A stretch of DNA of 63,540 nt, the filler included, from Lenisia limosa (lineage: Eukaryota > Protista > Breviatea), in assembly GCA_001655205.1 (NCBI GenBank). It is 8 parts of 8 records of this genome, joined end to end, with 100 filler letters (N's around TTAATTAATTAA, not from the genome) between each part and the next. Parts side by side here need not be neighbours in the genome. Positions count along the whole stretch, not along the records: positions 1 to 13,670 come from LPNZ01004443.1; positions 13,771 to 19,174 come from LPNZ01005181.1; positions 19,275 to 30,791 come from LPNZ01008359.1; 5 more parts are not named here. The stretch is one strand, 5' to 3'. A program made the translations under genes and the position numbers. The notes beneath the pieces are model-generated. The model saw only the letters and a list, made by a program, of their open reading frames with translations. It did not search any database and was not told the DNA's origin. Of this stretch, positions 11,594-22,400 are shown one piece after another (position 1 is the first letter of the stretch; every line of letters starts with the position of its first letter).

Positions 11594-13571
11594 CTAACAA
11601 GGGTAGACAATGTCCTGGCTGAAATGACGCTTCACAGCCTAGAAAAATCAGAAAGTTTGTTTCCGCAGAACTTGCACTCTTGATAAATAATTGGATGTTC
11701 TTTCTAATCGCCTCGGAACAAAATGTCAATACCTCCCATCAACAAATGATACAGAAAATTGAACCCAAAGCCTAGTTAGTACCCCCCCCCTCTCAAAAGC
11801 CATGGTTTGTGAAATATGGAGATTTCACCAGCAAAATTGTATGATAGTATTAAACAAAACCGTAAAAAAGGTGAGAAAATCAAATTCAACCTAAAGTGGC
11901 CCCTCCTAAAAGTTCAAGTTTTCATGTTTCCACCAATTTACCATTTTCATGTTGCCAACTTCTCCGACCTTGATCTGATCACGGGTCTTGAAGAAATCCA
12001 CACACTACAACGGTAAATACTCGTTGGTATGTCTGGTATGATAATTTCGACTTGAAAGTCGAAAATTGAATATAAATGGAACCAAACATATCACATAAAC
12101 CTGATCCAGCTGCGGCTGGGGTCTCCGAGCACCTAGTGTGTTTCGGGACGGAGGGCACCGAAGAGTGTGGGCGCGGAAGTATGGTATTTGTTTCCATGGA
12201 TTTCTAATGTATATGATATATGATATTATGATATATTATTTCTCTTGCTCAAAAAAAAACATTATTCCGTCAATTCGCCCGAGGACGAGAAGTTTGACAA
12301 CCCTCAATATTCGCGGTAGTTTATTAATACTAACCTTTATATTATTGAATTAAGGGCAACAAGTGCCTATGGAGGCTCCCCAAAAGCTCCCATTTCTTTT
12401 ACTCCGCTTTTGTTTGCTGGAATAATTGCATATTTTTAATTACTAGACAACAAAAATTATTTAAAGAATTTTTGGATGTGTTGTTGTTTTCAACATAATT
12501 ACTAATATATACTATTATATGCTCACTCTGTCTGTATATGTGCTATATTTGAGTCATTTCACACGGATTATTTTTGAATCATTTTCCTAATGACTTATAT
12601 AAATGGAATCTGCAATATTGCTGAAAAGGGGTGTTTTCCAAGAATTTTGGGAATAGGAGTCAGGTAAAAATACACTCTGGTAAACTTATTGAAAAAAAAG
12701 AGCATATTTTCCGTTACCCCCCCCCCCAACCGTTCCACAAGTCTTGACAGAAACGCCACGAGCAGCAAGCTTCTTGAGAGCCTCCAGTGCAGGGCCCTCG
12801 CGAGTGGACAAGTACACGGCACCGTTCATGAGCCTATATATAGTCATCAATCGTTAATCGGAAACTGAAACTGAAATCAGAATTATGCCACTGTGCGAAT
12901 ATACAGTTTCCCCATCATTATTAGATCGACAGCAACTTGGGCTTCAATCTCAAAAAGAGTATTACAAACTATCAATATTTCTCAAAGGCTATTCAACATC
13001 ATTTTATCAAGATGATAGAGGATTATCTTGTGCACCATAATCACGGGTAGTACATAATGCAAAGACACCCCTTGAGAGCGTAAGAGTCCAATGAGCAATC
13101 ATCGTAAACTTAAAGTATAAATTCCACAAAGAGTAAAAGGGTCAATACGGAACAAGAACCCCCCAGCTGCCTGCCTACCCAACACTTGAAATGTTGATCT
13201 CAGTATTATCTGCAATTTCTTCCAAATACTTAACCAAGAGAAGGCGACCCAACTCGTCATCTCCATTGCCGATCTATTGTAGAGATGAAAAATAAAAATA
13301 GGTTGCATCTGTCCAAAGATGTCCATACTCACGCTTATAAGATATTTTGACTTAATGTATTATTTCACCCAATCATTTGCCTTACAACTCTATGTTTAAG
13401 GCTGAAGTAGTCCAAAAACAGCAACGTAACGTCACATGAAAAACAGTTTCCAATTTCATGATTTGATGGCAAAGAAGAAAGATTTCTACCATATCATATC
13501 ATATCATGTTACCAAGCTGATGAAATAGGTTCACCAACCTTGTCGGAGTTTAAAAATAGAGTCTTTCCCAT
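11594..13571 (-). CDS. yedF: YedF-like (DsrE/F-like sulfur/selenium relay) protein, 112 aa, 5 exons
   Basis: Exons 13571-13539, 13273-13179, 12833-12731, 12004-11942, 11638-11594 join in phase: MGKTLFLNSDKIGNGDDELGRLLLVKYLEEIADNTEINISSVGLMNGAVYLSTREGPALEALKKLAARGVSVKTCGTCVDFFKTRDQIKVGEVGNMKMAVKRHFSQDIVYPC*. G-x-GD-x-ELG, N-x-GV, CGTC and VGEV-x-NM motifs recall bacterial YedF. Confidence 0.88.
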
Positions 13572-13770
13572 AATTGCCAACTATGATTGAAAAAAGAAGA
13601 AAAAAAAATACTAAATCTGGGAAGCCCCGGCGCGGAATCCATCGTTTTTTTTTTTTTGGCCCGGCCTCTTNNNNNNNNNNNNNNNNNNNNNNNNNNNNNN
13701 NNNNNNNNNNNNNNTTAATTAATTAANNNNNNNNNNNNNNNNNNNNNNNNNNNNNNNNNNNNNNNNNNNN

Positions 13771-13871
13771 TCATGCTTAAGATATATTGGATTACAGTAT
13801 AAAATTAATTCACCCAATCATTTGCCTAACAACTCTGTGAACACAGCTGTCTGCGTGCCTCCCCAGCATAC
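13771..13871 (-). mobile_element. Family B dispersed element
   Basis: aattcacccaatcatttgcctaacaactctgtgaacacagctgtctgcgtgcctccccagcatac. Confidence 0.75.
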
Positions 13872-13909
13872 TTCACTTTAGAATATCATATCATATTGTA
13901 CTATATGAA

Positions 13910-13987
13910 CACTTACCGTGATATATCCTGACACGATTGCCTAAAGATAAAGCTCAATATCCGTGTCAGGACTTATCGCGGTCAGTG
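13910..13987. mobile_element. Family C MITE
   Basis: cacttaccgtgatatatcctgacacg...cgtgtcaggacttatcgcggtcagtg followed by TA. Confidence 0.75.
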
Positions 13988-14099
13988 TATGTAGTGTCCA
14001 TGTCTACATGGGGGAATGATGGTGGGTATATATCATATGGTCTATCTGAGGGGGAGAGGAAATCAAATAGCGAATATAAAAAAATAGGTTTTCTAGGGC

Positions 14100-15830
14100 A
14101 GCAACCAACCAAGGGGCAACTCAGCGGAGTTGTGCGAATGTTGAAACGGGTCAGCCTTGAGAAATTACAACCATGTACCAGATTACAAACCATGTACCAA
14201 AATACAACCACGTTTGAAAATACAACCACGTTTGAAAATACAACCACGTTTGAAAATATAACCTTGAACGAAGGTATTATTCAATTGCGTATTATATCTG
14301 GTATAGGGCCATGGATATCAGCTGTACAGATGATTAAATAAGTTCACTGAAAGGCGTCTTTTGCTCCGCTTTTAATATATCATAATACTCAATATTTCCC
14401 TGGATTATACATAGATACATACATATATTTGACAATTTCAAGTTATCCCAAGATCATTCAACACATTTCTCGCTATCAAAAAGGAACCTACCTTCAGAAC
14501 AGCAGTGATCCACAGGAAAAAGGCGGAATTGGCCTTGTCGAGACAGAGGAAGCGCGAGGGGGTGACTATCGTATCCCATCTAAGGGGGGGGGGGGNNNNN
14601 NNNNNNNNNNNNNNNNNNNNNNNNNNNNNNNNNNNNNNNNNNNNNNNNNNNNNNNNNNNNNNNNNNNNNNNNNNNNNNNNNNNNNNTAAGGAGGGTTATA
14701 CTGTCAAATTGCCCCCCACCTTGCAGCAAGCAGACAGGGTGTGGCCTTCTCCAGAGTATCCAGAATGGTGGTGGACAGGATGTTCTGAGGGGAGTGGTAA
14801 ATGGGAAATGTTATGAAACAAACAAACAAACAAACAAACAAACAAACAAACAAACAAACAAACAAACAAACAAACNNNNNNNNNNNNNNNNNNNNNNNNN
14901 NNNNNNNNNNNNNNNNNNNNNNNNNNNNNNNNNNNNNNNNNNNNNNNNNNNNNNNNNNNNNNNNNNNNNNNNNNNNNNNNNNNNNNNNNNNNNNNNNNNN
15001 NNNNNNNNNNNNNNNNNNNNNNNNNNNNNNNNNNNNNNNNNNNNNNNNNNNNNNNTAATCCGAAAATAAAAGCAAAGAGTACAATATCTGACAAATCGAC
15101 AAAACTACACCTTGTAGTACAAGGGATATTGATAACAGTATCTGATGAAGCCGTCCACACCATCACGCCTACCTCGGAATAATTCATGTTGGCGAGGTAA
15201 GTCCACATTTCAGCCGCCAGATTCTCCATGATTGGGGGTGTACCAGTGGAGGGAAATGTGTTCTAGAGCGGTCATATCTTAAGGTGTTCTAGAGGTCATA
15301 TCTTCAGGTGTTCTAGAGAGGTCATGGGGGTGAACTACGGTTTTAATGACGCTGTTTCCAGCATTTACATATGTATGTAAACTAGACAAATATTCACAGC
15401 AATAATATCATACTTTAATCTATAGTGCAGAAATGTCCAACGTTTCATCACCTACTTTGACGAGAAACTCAACAAGTTGAGGAAGGCACAGTGGGAACGT
15501 CATGTTGATGCACAAAGTCCAGGCTTCATGGAGAACCGTTGCAGCGTGTTCGGCTTGTTGTAAAGCAGGGTTGGGGGGAGGTCTGATGGAATTAGAGTTC
15601 GGCTGACCATGGAATAGGCAGCTATTGACGGAGGATAATTGAAATAACTATTTAATCATGGGAGAAGAGTGAGGGCGAAGAGAATTTTGATACGAAAACA
15701 AAGCAAATAGTATGAACCTTGTTTACAAGCCTGTTACGGGGAAGGTTCATTCTAATAGGGTGGGTACACAATGACATTTGAATAACATCAGAATAGAGGT
15801 CGGTAAGGACCTAGGTGCGAGTTCCATGGT
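14100..15830 (-). CDS. Hypothetical multi-exon protein (ends approximate)
   Basis: Phase-consistent minus-strand exons AEHAATVLHEAWTLCINMTFPLCLPQLVEFLVK|NTFPSTGTPPIMENLAAEMWTYLANMNYSE|NILSTTILDTLEKATPCLLAAR|WDTIVTPSRFLCLDKANSAFFLWITAVLK|ADPFQHSHNSAELP with gtaggt/gtaggc-type donors. Confidence 0.6.
14166..14262. repeat. Intronic minisatellite (18-bp unit x3 plus related units)
   Basis: aaatacaaccacgtttga repeated. Confidence 0.9.
14817..14875. repeat. (ACAA)n microsatellite running into a gap
   Basis: acaaacaaacaa... Confidence 0.95.
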
Positions 15831-16068
15831 AGGAACGCTGATATTTGTTTTGTGATTCTTGATCGTGGGGAATATTGCCTTAGCTTCAATTATTGTTTAA
15901 AAATTGCTGCCAATTATCTACATTTAATTCTATTTTGTTTTAATCACTGTAATCCGAATAGGAGATGCTTTAGAGGCTAATTTGTTGAAGGTCTGGCTGG
16001 ATTGAAAATGTCATACATATCGGAAAATGGTCCAAAGCAAAAAAAGTCTTGGCTCAACCTATCTGTAG

Positions 16069-16850
16069 GTCTTTGCTGAGGAGGTTGAGGAGGTTGCTAT
16101 TGGGCATGATAATGTCGAAATCAATAAGGAGAAGTACACCATGATGGCCGCCATTGCCCTTGACACCCAGGACCTTAGCACCGACTCTGAAGTTTTTTGT
16201 TTTGTTTTTGGTATTTTACAATTGTAATCTGTCTTTTTATCAACCATCAAGGAATCAAATGACATTACGTCAAACTCTTTCGGAAATGCTTCCAAGCCAT
16301 GAAGAATTAAACAACTTTAAAGACTCAATGATGAGACAGATGAGCGGGTATGTGAATTCAACATGGTCTTTTTCTTGTCGCTCCAGTTATCTTTGTGTTT
16401 AGTGCTGCTCATACTTTGAAGCCTCCGAAGGCTCCCCGAAAGATCGCCTCAAATCAACTGTTGCTGTTGACGATTTTGTTATATCACGGTATGTTAGAGT
16501 TTGGGCTTCAATTCGGTTCGAAAAAGACTGGGAAAATATCGAGAGGTTTCCAGGATTAATCGAGAAATTCAGCCTTTTTTCGAACCGATTTGAAGCCCTA
16601 GAGAGAACGTTTGTTGATGATGTAGGTCTTCTATACAAACGCTAGATCATGTGGACGAAACCATCCGCCTCGAATGATGTAGGTCTTCTTTACAAACGCT
16701 TGATCTTCGCCTATCTTCTTCCCACTTTAGATATCTGAAGACGTTGTTTTAAATATCGAAAATTCGCACTCAGGTTGGAAGCCTTTTGACAGAAATGAAA
16801 GTCATGATACAACACCACAAATAATTCAAAGAGGGAGAAAAAACAAAACA
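16069..16850 (+). CDS. Hypothetical multi-exon protein (frame at first junction unresolved)
   Basis: T-rich plus-strand introns with gtatgt donors; exons QTLSEMLPSHEELNNFKDSMMRQMSG|AAHTLKPPKAPRKIASNQLLLLTILLYH|ERTFVDD. Confidence 0.45.
16503..16598. mobile_element. Family A MITE forming most of an intron and ending at its TAG acceptor
   Basis: gggcttcaattcggttcgaaaaag...cttttttcgaaccgatttgaagccc|tag. Confidence 0.9.
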
Positions 16851-16889
16851 AGAGAGAAGGTATTTTTCAAAATTCAATTCTGTTGATGT

Positions 16890-19150
16890 TTTTAATGATG
16901 GGAAAAAGACACGATACAAAAGACCCACATAGGCCCTGGGGGCGGTGGGACTTGAGCCGGGACCGGAGGGGCTTGGTTTTGTTGGTTCATCCGATGCTGA
17001 CCAGGATAGTTACCAGGATTCTGCGGCGCCGTATTCTGAAGGGATCAAGAGAGGCGTCAGGATCGGAGGTTTAATTAAACTTGGGGGTTTAACAGCCCCA
17101 ACACACACTTACATAAAAAGATAGAACAAAACAGATTCATATGCTACAATTCTTAATCTGCTAAAAAGCGAAATCCAAAAATAGTGTACCTGGGGTGCGG
17201 ATTGCCCATTGGGGCGAACAACTGGTTGTTGAGGGGGGAAAGGCCCATGGTGTGGCGGCGGCGGGGGCTGCGATGCCGTATTGCGCGTGTTTTGTTGCGT
17301 ACACGTGGTAAATCGCATTTGCTCAATATCCTTATCAACCAAATGACGGGTTTCGGATAGCAGGATCAAAACCTCACAGAGCTGAAAAAGGTGAAACAAA
17401 GAGCGATGATACATCTCTAGCGAATCCGTTTGGAGAGGAATAGGGATGATCTCTTCACTTTTGGTTCCTGAAACTCAAAAAAACAACACAGAATACTCTG
17501 TCCCACCTCCTCCTTGGGTATTCTATTGAGAAGGTCAAGCCAGTCGAAACGAAGCAGTATGGCGTATTTCGCATGCATTGACTCCCTGGGCAAAGTCATA
17601 TGTGGCTCAATGGGAAGAGCGTGGTTTAAGATGCATTCTGGTATCTCCAATACTATCCCTAAAAGGCAATAGACTACTTACCGCATTTGGAAAGTGAGAA
17701 CAGCGAAGAGACGAAGGGCATCACACGGGGCAGGGATAAAAGTGCTCACAAAGTGACTCCGAGCCTCAGGGTCCTAGAAAGATTCTTTTAGTTGCTTACA
17801 TTGCGTTGATGTTAAGATTTAACAAAACCAAGTGCTTTGAACAAAACAATCCTTTGACCTGCAGCACTTGAAAAATCCCCAGGAAGGATGAGAAAGAACA
17901 AACCTCAAGAAGAAGGTCTAGAATTTCGGCCGAGCGGAACGATAGTGCCACCCCGGCTGCTGCCTCCAAATCACTGAGGGGTCAATGATGGGGATGAGGT
18001 GGGGGAGCAAGGTTCAGAGGTGATATGGGGTGAGACAAAAAGAAAATAAAATAATAATAATAATATTAATAAAAAAGTGTTTGTGTCAGCCTGGATAGAA
18101 ATAAAACTGTTATTAAGTACTTCCGCTTCGAAAACTATTATTTGTATCCATCCGCTTCGAAAACTATTATTTGTATCCATCGATTGTAATTAATGTATTT
18201 CCTTTTCCTCAAACAGCCTACTCACCTGACAAATTGTTTGGATGTTTCGAAGATAGTCCTGAACCGGATAGTTGTCATATTGACCTGGATATGGGAAAGA
18301 TGATCAAATGGGGTGCTTCAGTGGAGGAGTATCTTAGAGTATATACATATTTCGATATATGATGGACAAATACTGAATAATATGGGGAGAGGTAATGATT
18401 AATAACTGAAGCATAAAGGCCTTACGTTGTTAATGTTGGCTTCTCAAAGCAAGATGAAAGGAAGAGAGATTCATTATATTTATCTCTCTTCCTTTCATCT
18501 TGCTTTGAGAATTTCATTATAATATATGTAATATGAGTCGACAAAACACTATTTCCCCCCCTCCTGTCGGATTCACACAGTAATTTCTACTAGAGCAGGA
18601 ACAACCTCAAACCGATTGAAGGAAGAGAACGATGAGAATGCTTGCAATTTGGGGGGTTTCTGTCCTCATCCAAAGTGACTGTGGGGAATTAAAAACGATT
18701 GATGATGAAGATGCTCAACAACGCAAGACACAAGGGTTGTATCAAAGCGGGGGGGTCCATTCTGTGAAATCACATCCCAAGTGATTGCAAATAGTAAAAT
18801 ACATGAGGAACTCATGAAAAAAAAAAACAACAAAAACAAAAAAACAAAACAAAATGAGAAATACGAGGGAATCGCGAAAAATAAATAAAGAAATATGATT
18901 TTACAGGGCTGATGGAAGTTTTAACCAGTCCAAAGGGTGATAACTAGGCTTCACTTTGACCCGTAAAATATCGATAACTTTTGAAGATTTATCGATAAAT
19001 TCGGTCTTTTTTCGAACCTAAGTGAATCCCCAGTGATTAATTTGACAGCCACTGTAGCTTCCTCCAACCTTGGCTACAAACCAATGCATGGCGGATTTGG
19101 ATTCTTCCAGAGCTGAAGAACGCAGAGTCCGCGCTATGAGGGCAAAAGAG
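16890..19150 (-). CDS. Hypothetical protein with Pro/Gln-rich C-terminus (5' part in gap)
   Basis: Exons VNMTTIRFRTIFETSKQFVS|DLEAAAGVALSFRSAEILDLLLE|DPEARSHFVSTF..FQMR|ESMHAKYAILLRFDWLDLLNRIPKEE|EPKSEE..PPPPPHHGPFPPQQ..|NTAPQNPGNYPGQHRMNQQNQAPP. Confidence 0.65.
18441..18511. repeat. Perfect 30-bp inverted repeat with 11-nt loop
   Basis: ttctcaaagcaagatgaaaggaagagagat-tcattatattt-atctctcttcctttcatcttgctttgagaa. Confidence 0.95.
18947..19031. mobile_element. Family A MITE ending at the TAG acceptor of a minus-strand intron
   Basis: cta-ggcttcactttg...cctaagtgaatcccc. Confidence 0.85.
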
Positions 19151-19438
19151 GCCATCTGGAAGGGGGGGGGGGGGNNNNNNNNNNNNNNNNNNNNNNNNNN
19201 NNNNNNNNNNNNNNNNNNTTAATTAATTAANNNNNNNNNNNNNNNNNNNNNNNNNNNNNNNNNNNNNNNNNNNNGGCATAAACCCTAAAACTAGGACCAC
19301 GGTGACCCCACTTGTGCACTCGGAATTCAGTATACAGTTTGGTTCATATTATTAGGAAAGACATTTAGCACTTACGAATCACATATTTCGAGCTTATTTT
19401 ATATTGTAACCAAATTGTAACTTCACTGTATTCTGAGA

Positions 19439-22400
19439 ATGGAGACTGATTTTTCTACGCAGTGGCGCTTCCGTCATATGAGTTACCTTTTTGGTGATAA
19501 TAATACAAAGAAATGTGTTTTCATCGTTGGCTGCGACTCTCTTGGTCTTGATATTTGTTGGAGGGGTTTTTTTATTTATTTAAATAACTTGCCTTTCGCT
19601 TCTTCTCCATTTTAATTACTTTATTTTATGGTGAATAACAGTATATCCAACTTTTTTTTATCATCTGCCACTTCCCTCCTGCTTCCTCTGTGACGCAAAA
19701 GGTGAAGCGCTTGTCTACAGTGGCATTTCCTCTCTCAAACTCTATGATGCCAGAGCCTCGCAAGATAATGATGGGTTTCTGCCCAAAAATGCAGCGATTG
19801 GAGGGTAGGCTTAGTCTTTCAATCTCCACTTTTGAGAAACGATTTTCAAGGAATCACGTTCAGAACGAGAGGTTCTGCAACCAAAACGTATTTGGCTAGC
19901 CTCGGTATTTCTGAGATTCAAGAGTGTGACGAGGGCCCAAATAGTCAAAACTTGAATGGCGTAGATGTAGGTGTTATGATTTCTGGGACTTAGCCATCAG
20001 GCCGTTCTTGCAGTAAATCAAACGACCGCGGAGTGTACTCGTTTGGACGACGTCTGTTCCGCATCACTAGTGTCTTTCTTTGCTATAGACTGCAGGTTTG
20101 CAAAGGCATTTGCTTTCATGAATTTAGAGGCGACCTCAGCCGCGTTTTTGCACATCCGAATTCTGGACGTATCGCAAACCCGAAGCCTCACATCAGATCT
20201 CCCTTTTTCATTGATAACATTACCTCTGTGGGCGGCTATGAATGGCAGATTTTGTGCTATCTTCCTCTAATTTTGGAACAAAACAGGATAGAGATCGTGT
20301 TGTGACTGCAACTGAATGCAAACACGGCCTTCTTGATGGGCAGCTTGTCAAGATCTCCGAAGTTAACGGCATTCCTGAAGTGAATAACAAGACCTACTCG
20401 ATTAAGGGTTTGTTCTTTTGTCTTTATTTCTTATTTTTAGTTGTTTCACCCACTAAGTTTTCCATTGGAGCTGTTGCAGGAACTGGTCATTATCAAGGTA
20501 AACTGATATTCATCTCTGTTTCCTTTTTGTCTTTCGTTTCTGAAATTTTTGAATTCTAATGTGCTAATTTAGGTGGTGGAATCTGTGTTCCTCTTCCAAC
20601 CCCATTAAATGTTTACTATGTAAGATATGAATAACTTTATCCATTATTTCTTTGCATGTTGCTCTCTTACATTGCCAGAAATCTTATAAGGAGAATCTTG
20701 CGCACCCCAGTTTTGCCGAAGTTTCAGCAGAAGCCTTGTACTGCGCTGAAGACTTACATGAGGAGTTTTCTGACGCTGACGGTACGTTTCTCCCTCTTCT
20801 CATGTCGCTTTTTGGGTCATTTTCAAGTGAAAACTCTTTTTCCACGCTGTGATATGATACCTCATATCCACTTTTGATAAACTCAGGATGAATATCTTTA
20901 TCATTTCAACTAAAGTACATGATTATATTTATCATATATCATATATATACCACTAGTGGATACGGTACAACGTTATTAGTTGACCCTTTCAGTTGTCTAC
21001 AACCCTGTTGTTTCTGCTCTGGCTGCGGGATGCGCAGTAACAGAAGTGAATAAGGTGCTTTACTCAACTGGTATTCCAATTAACCAATGGGTGAGCACTT
21101 TTTATCCCTTTTCTTATGATATCAGCTTTATCTCCCAGCTGTGGAAGGTCTGCATGCTGGTACAGCTTACAGTAGATAGAGAGAGTGATTGAATTAATAT
21201 TTTTAGCATCATCCAACAACCTTTCCGAAGCCAAAATTTGTCTTGTATGTTGCATGTTTTTTATATCATTCGCTAGGTTGGTCTTGGACCCGCTGGTGTG
21301 AATATTGCTCGTCTTTTGGCTCGAATGAAAGCCTGTACTGGAACCAATGGAATGCTTACCCTTGTTGATCATGGCAATTGTCATCCCCACTCCCCAATGA
21401 GGCACCCTGGTTACGCGACTGTCACTGAAGAGGTTTGGCTTCATACATTTGTTTTAACTTGTTAGATTCCCAAAACTGAAGCTATTGCCAGATATTTGAT
21501 TTCCATCTGCCCTGGTGAGTTACCATATCTTTAGGAACAATGTTGATTGTAACCTCTCAGAAATGCACGTAACATCGCGACCCAGTGAAGCCCTTCAGGT
21601 TTGCAGCGAGTCGTTCCTGTCCACGCAAAACGCAGCAATTAGTGCCGTATCCAATGTTGAAGTAGGTCTATCTTCTTAATACTGATGTATTAGCTCCGTA
21701 CTGCCCTTGACGAGCAATGTGTGTTAGGGATGTGTGGTTTCACTGACGTCGGAATGTCAGGCTTCCGTGGCCATTCGCAGTGCTTTGTTCCAGGCTTGTC
21801 TGAAAGATACTCGTAGGGCAATATCCAGGCTCTTCACTTTGTAGTTCAATGTTCGACCCCACTATCGAGGAGTCCTTCCCAATGTGCGTGCTTAAGTCGT
21901 TCCCTTCCCTTCCTGCTCACAGTTCCGCCTGGGCCCTCAATAAAACAACAAGACTGGTGAGAGATGCTTCTGAAGAATATATATACTCTAGAAGAATAGG
22001 TTTGCTAATTTTTATGTAGTTCAATTCAAAGCCCATTTCTGCGCAACAGCTCATGAAGAACTCAAAGGGTTAGGCAGCTTGCTACAGTCCTAACGCCTTA
22101 GGACAGAACCTTTTTGATATCACCTCAAATACTGCTCTTCTCCCAGACATTACAACTACTTTGAAGGCCTTCAAGCTCAAACCAAGTTAGCTTTTATGGT
22201 TCTTCTAACTCTCTTTTCAGACAACTTTGAAGATTGCGTCTGTCTTGGTCGTACAAAGTTTGAGAAGTATTTCTATTATCGGGCTGTCAACGTCCTCCAA
22301 GCTTTCCCTGAGAATGAAGTAAACTCAGTAGGTATTTGATTTCGGTTCAAATGTCTTGGCTATGATTATTTTTTCTTCTTCACCAATTGTTTTGATTTGA

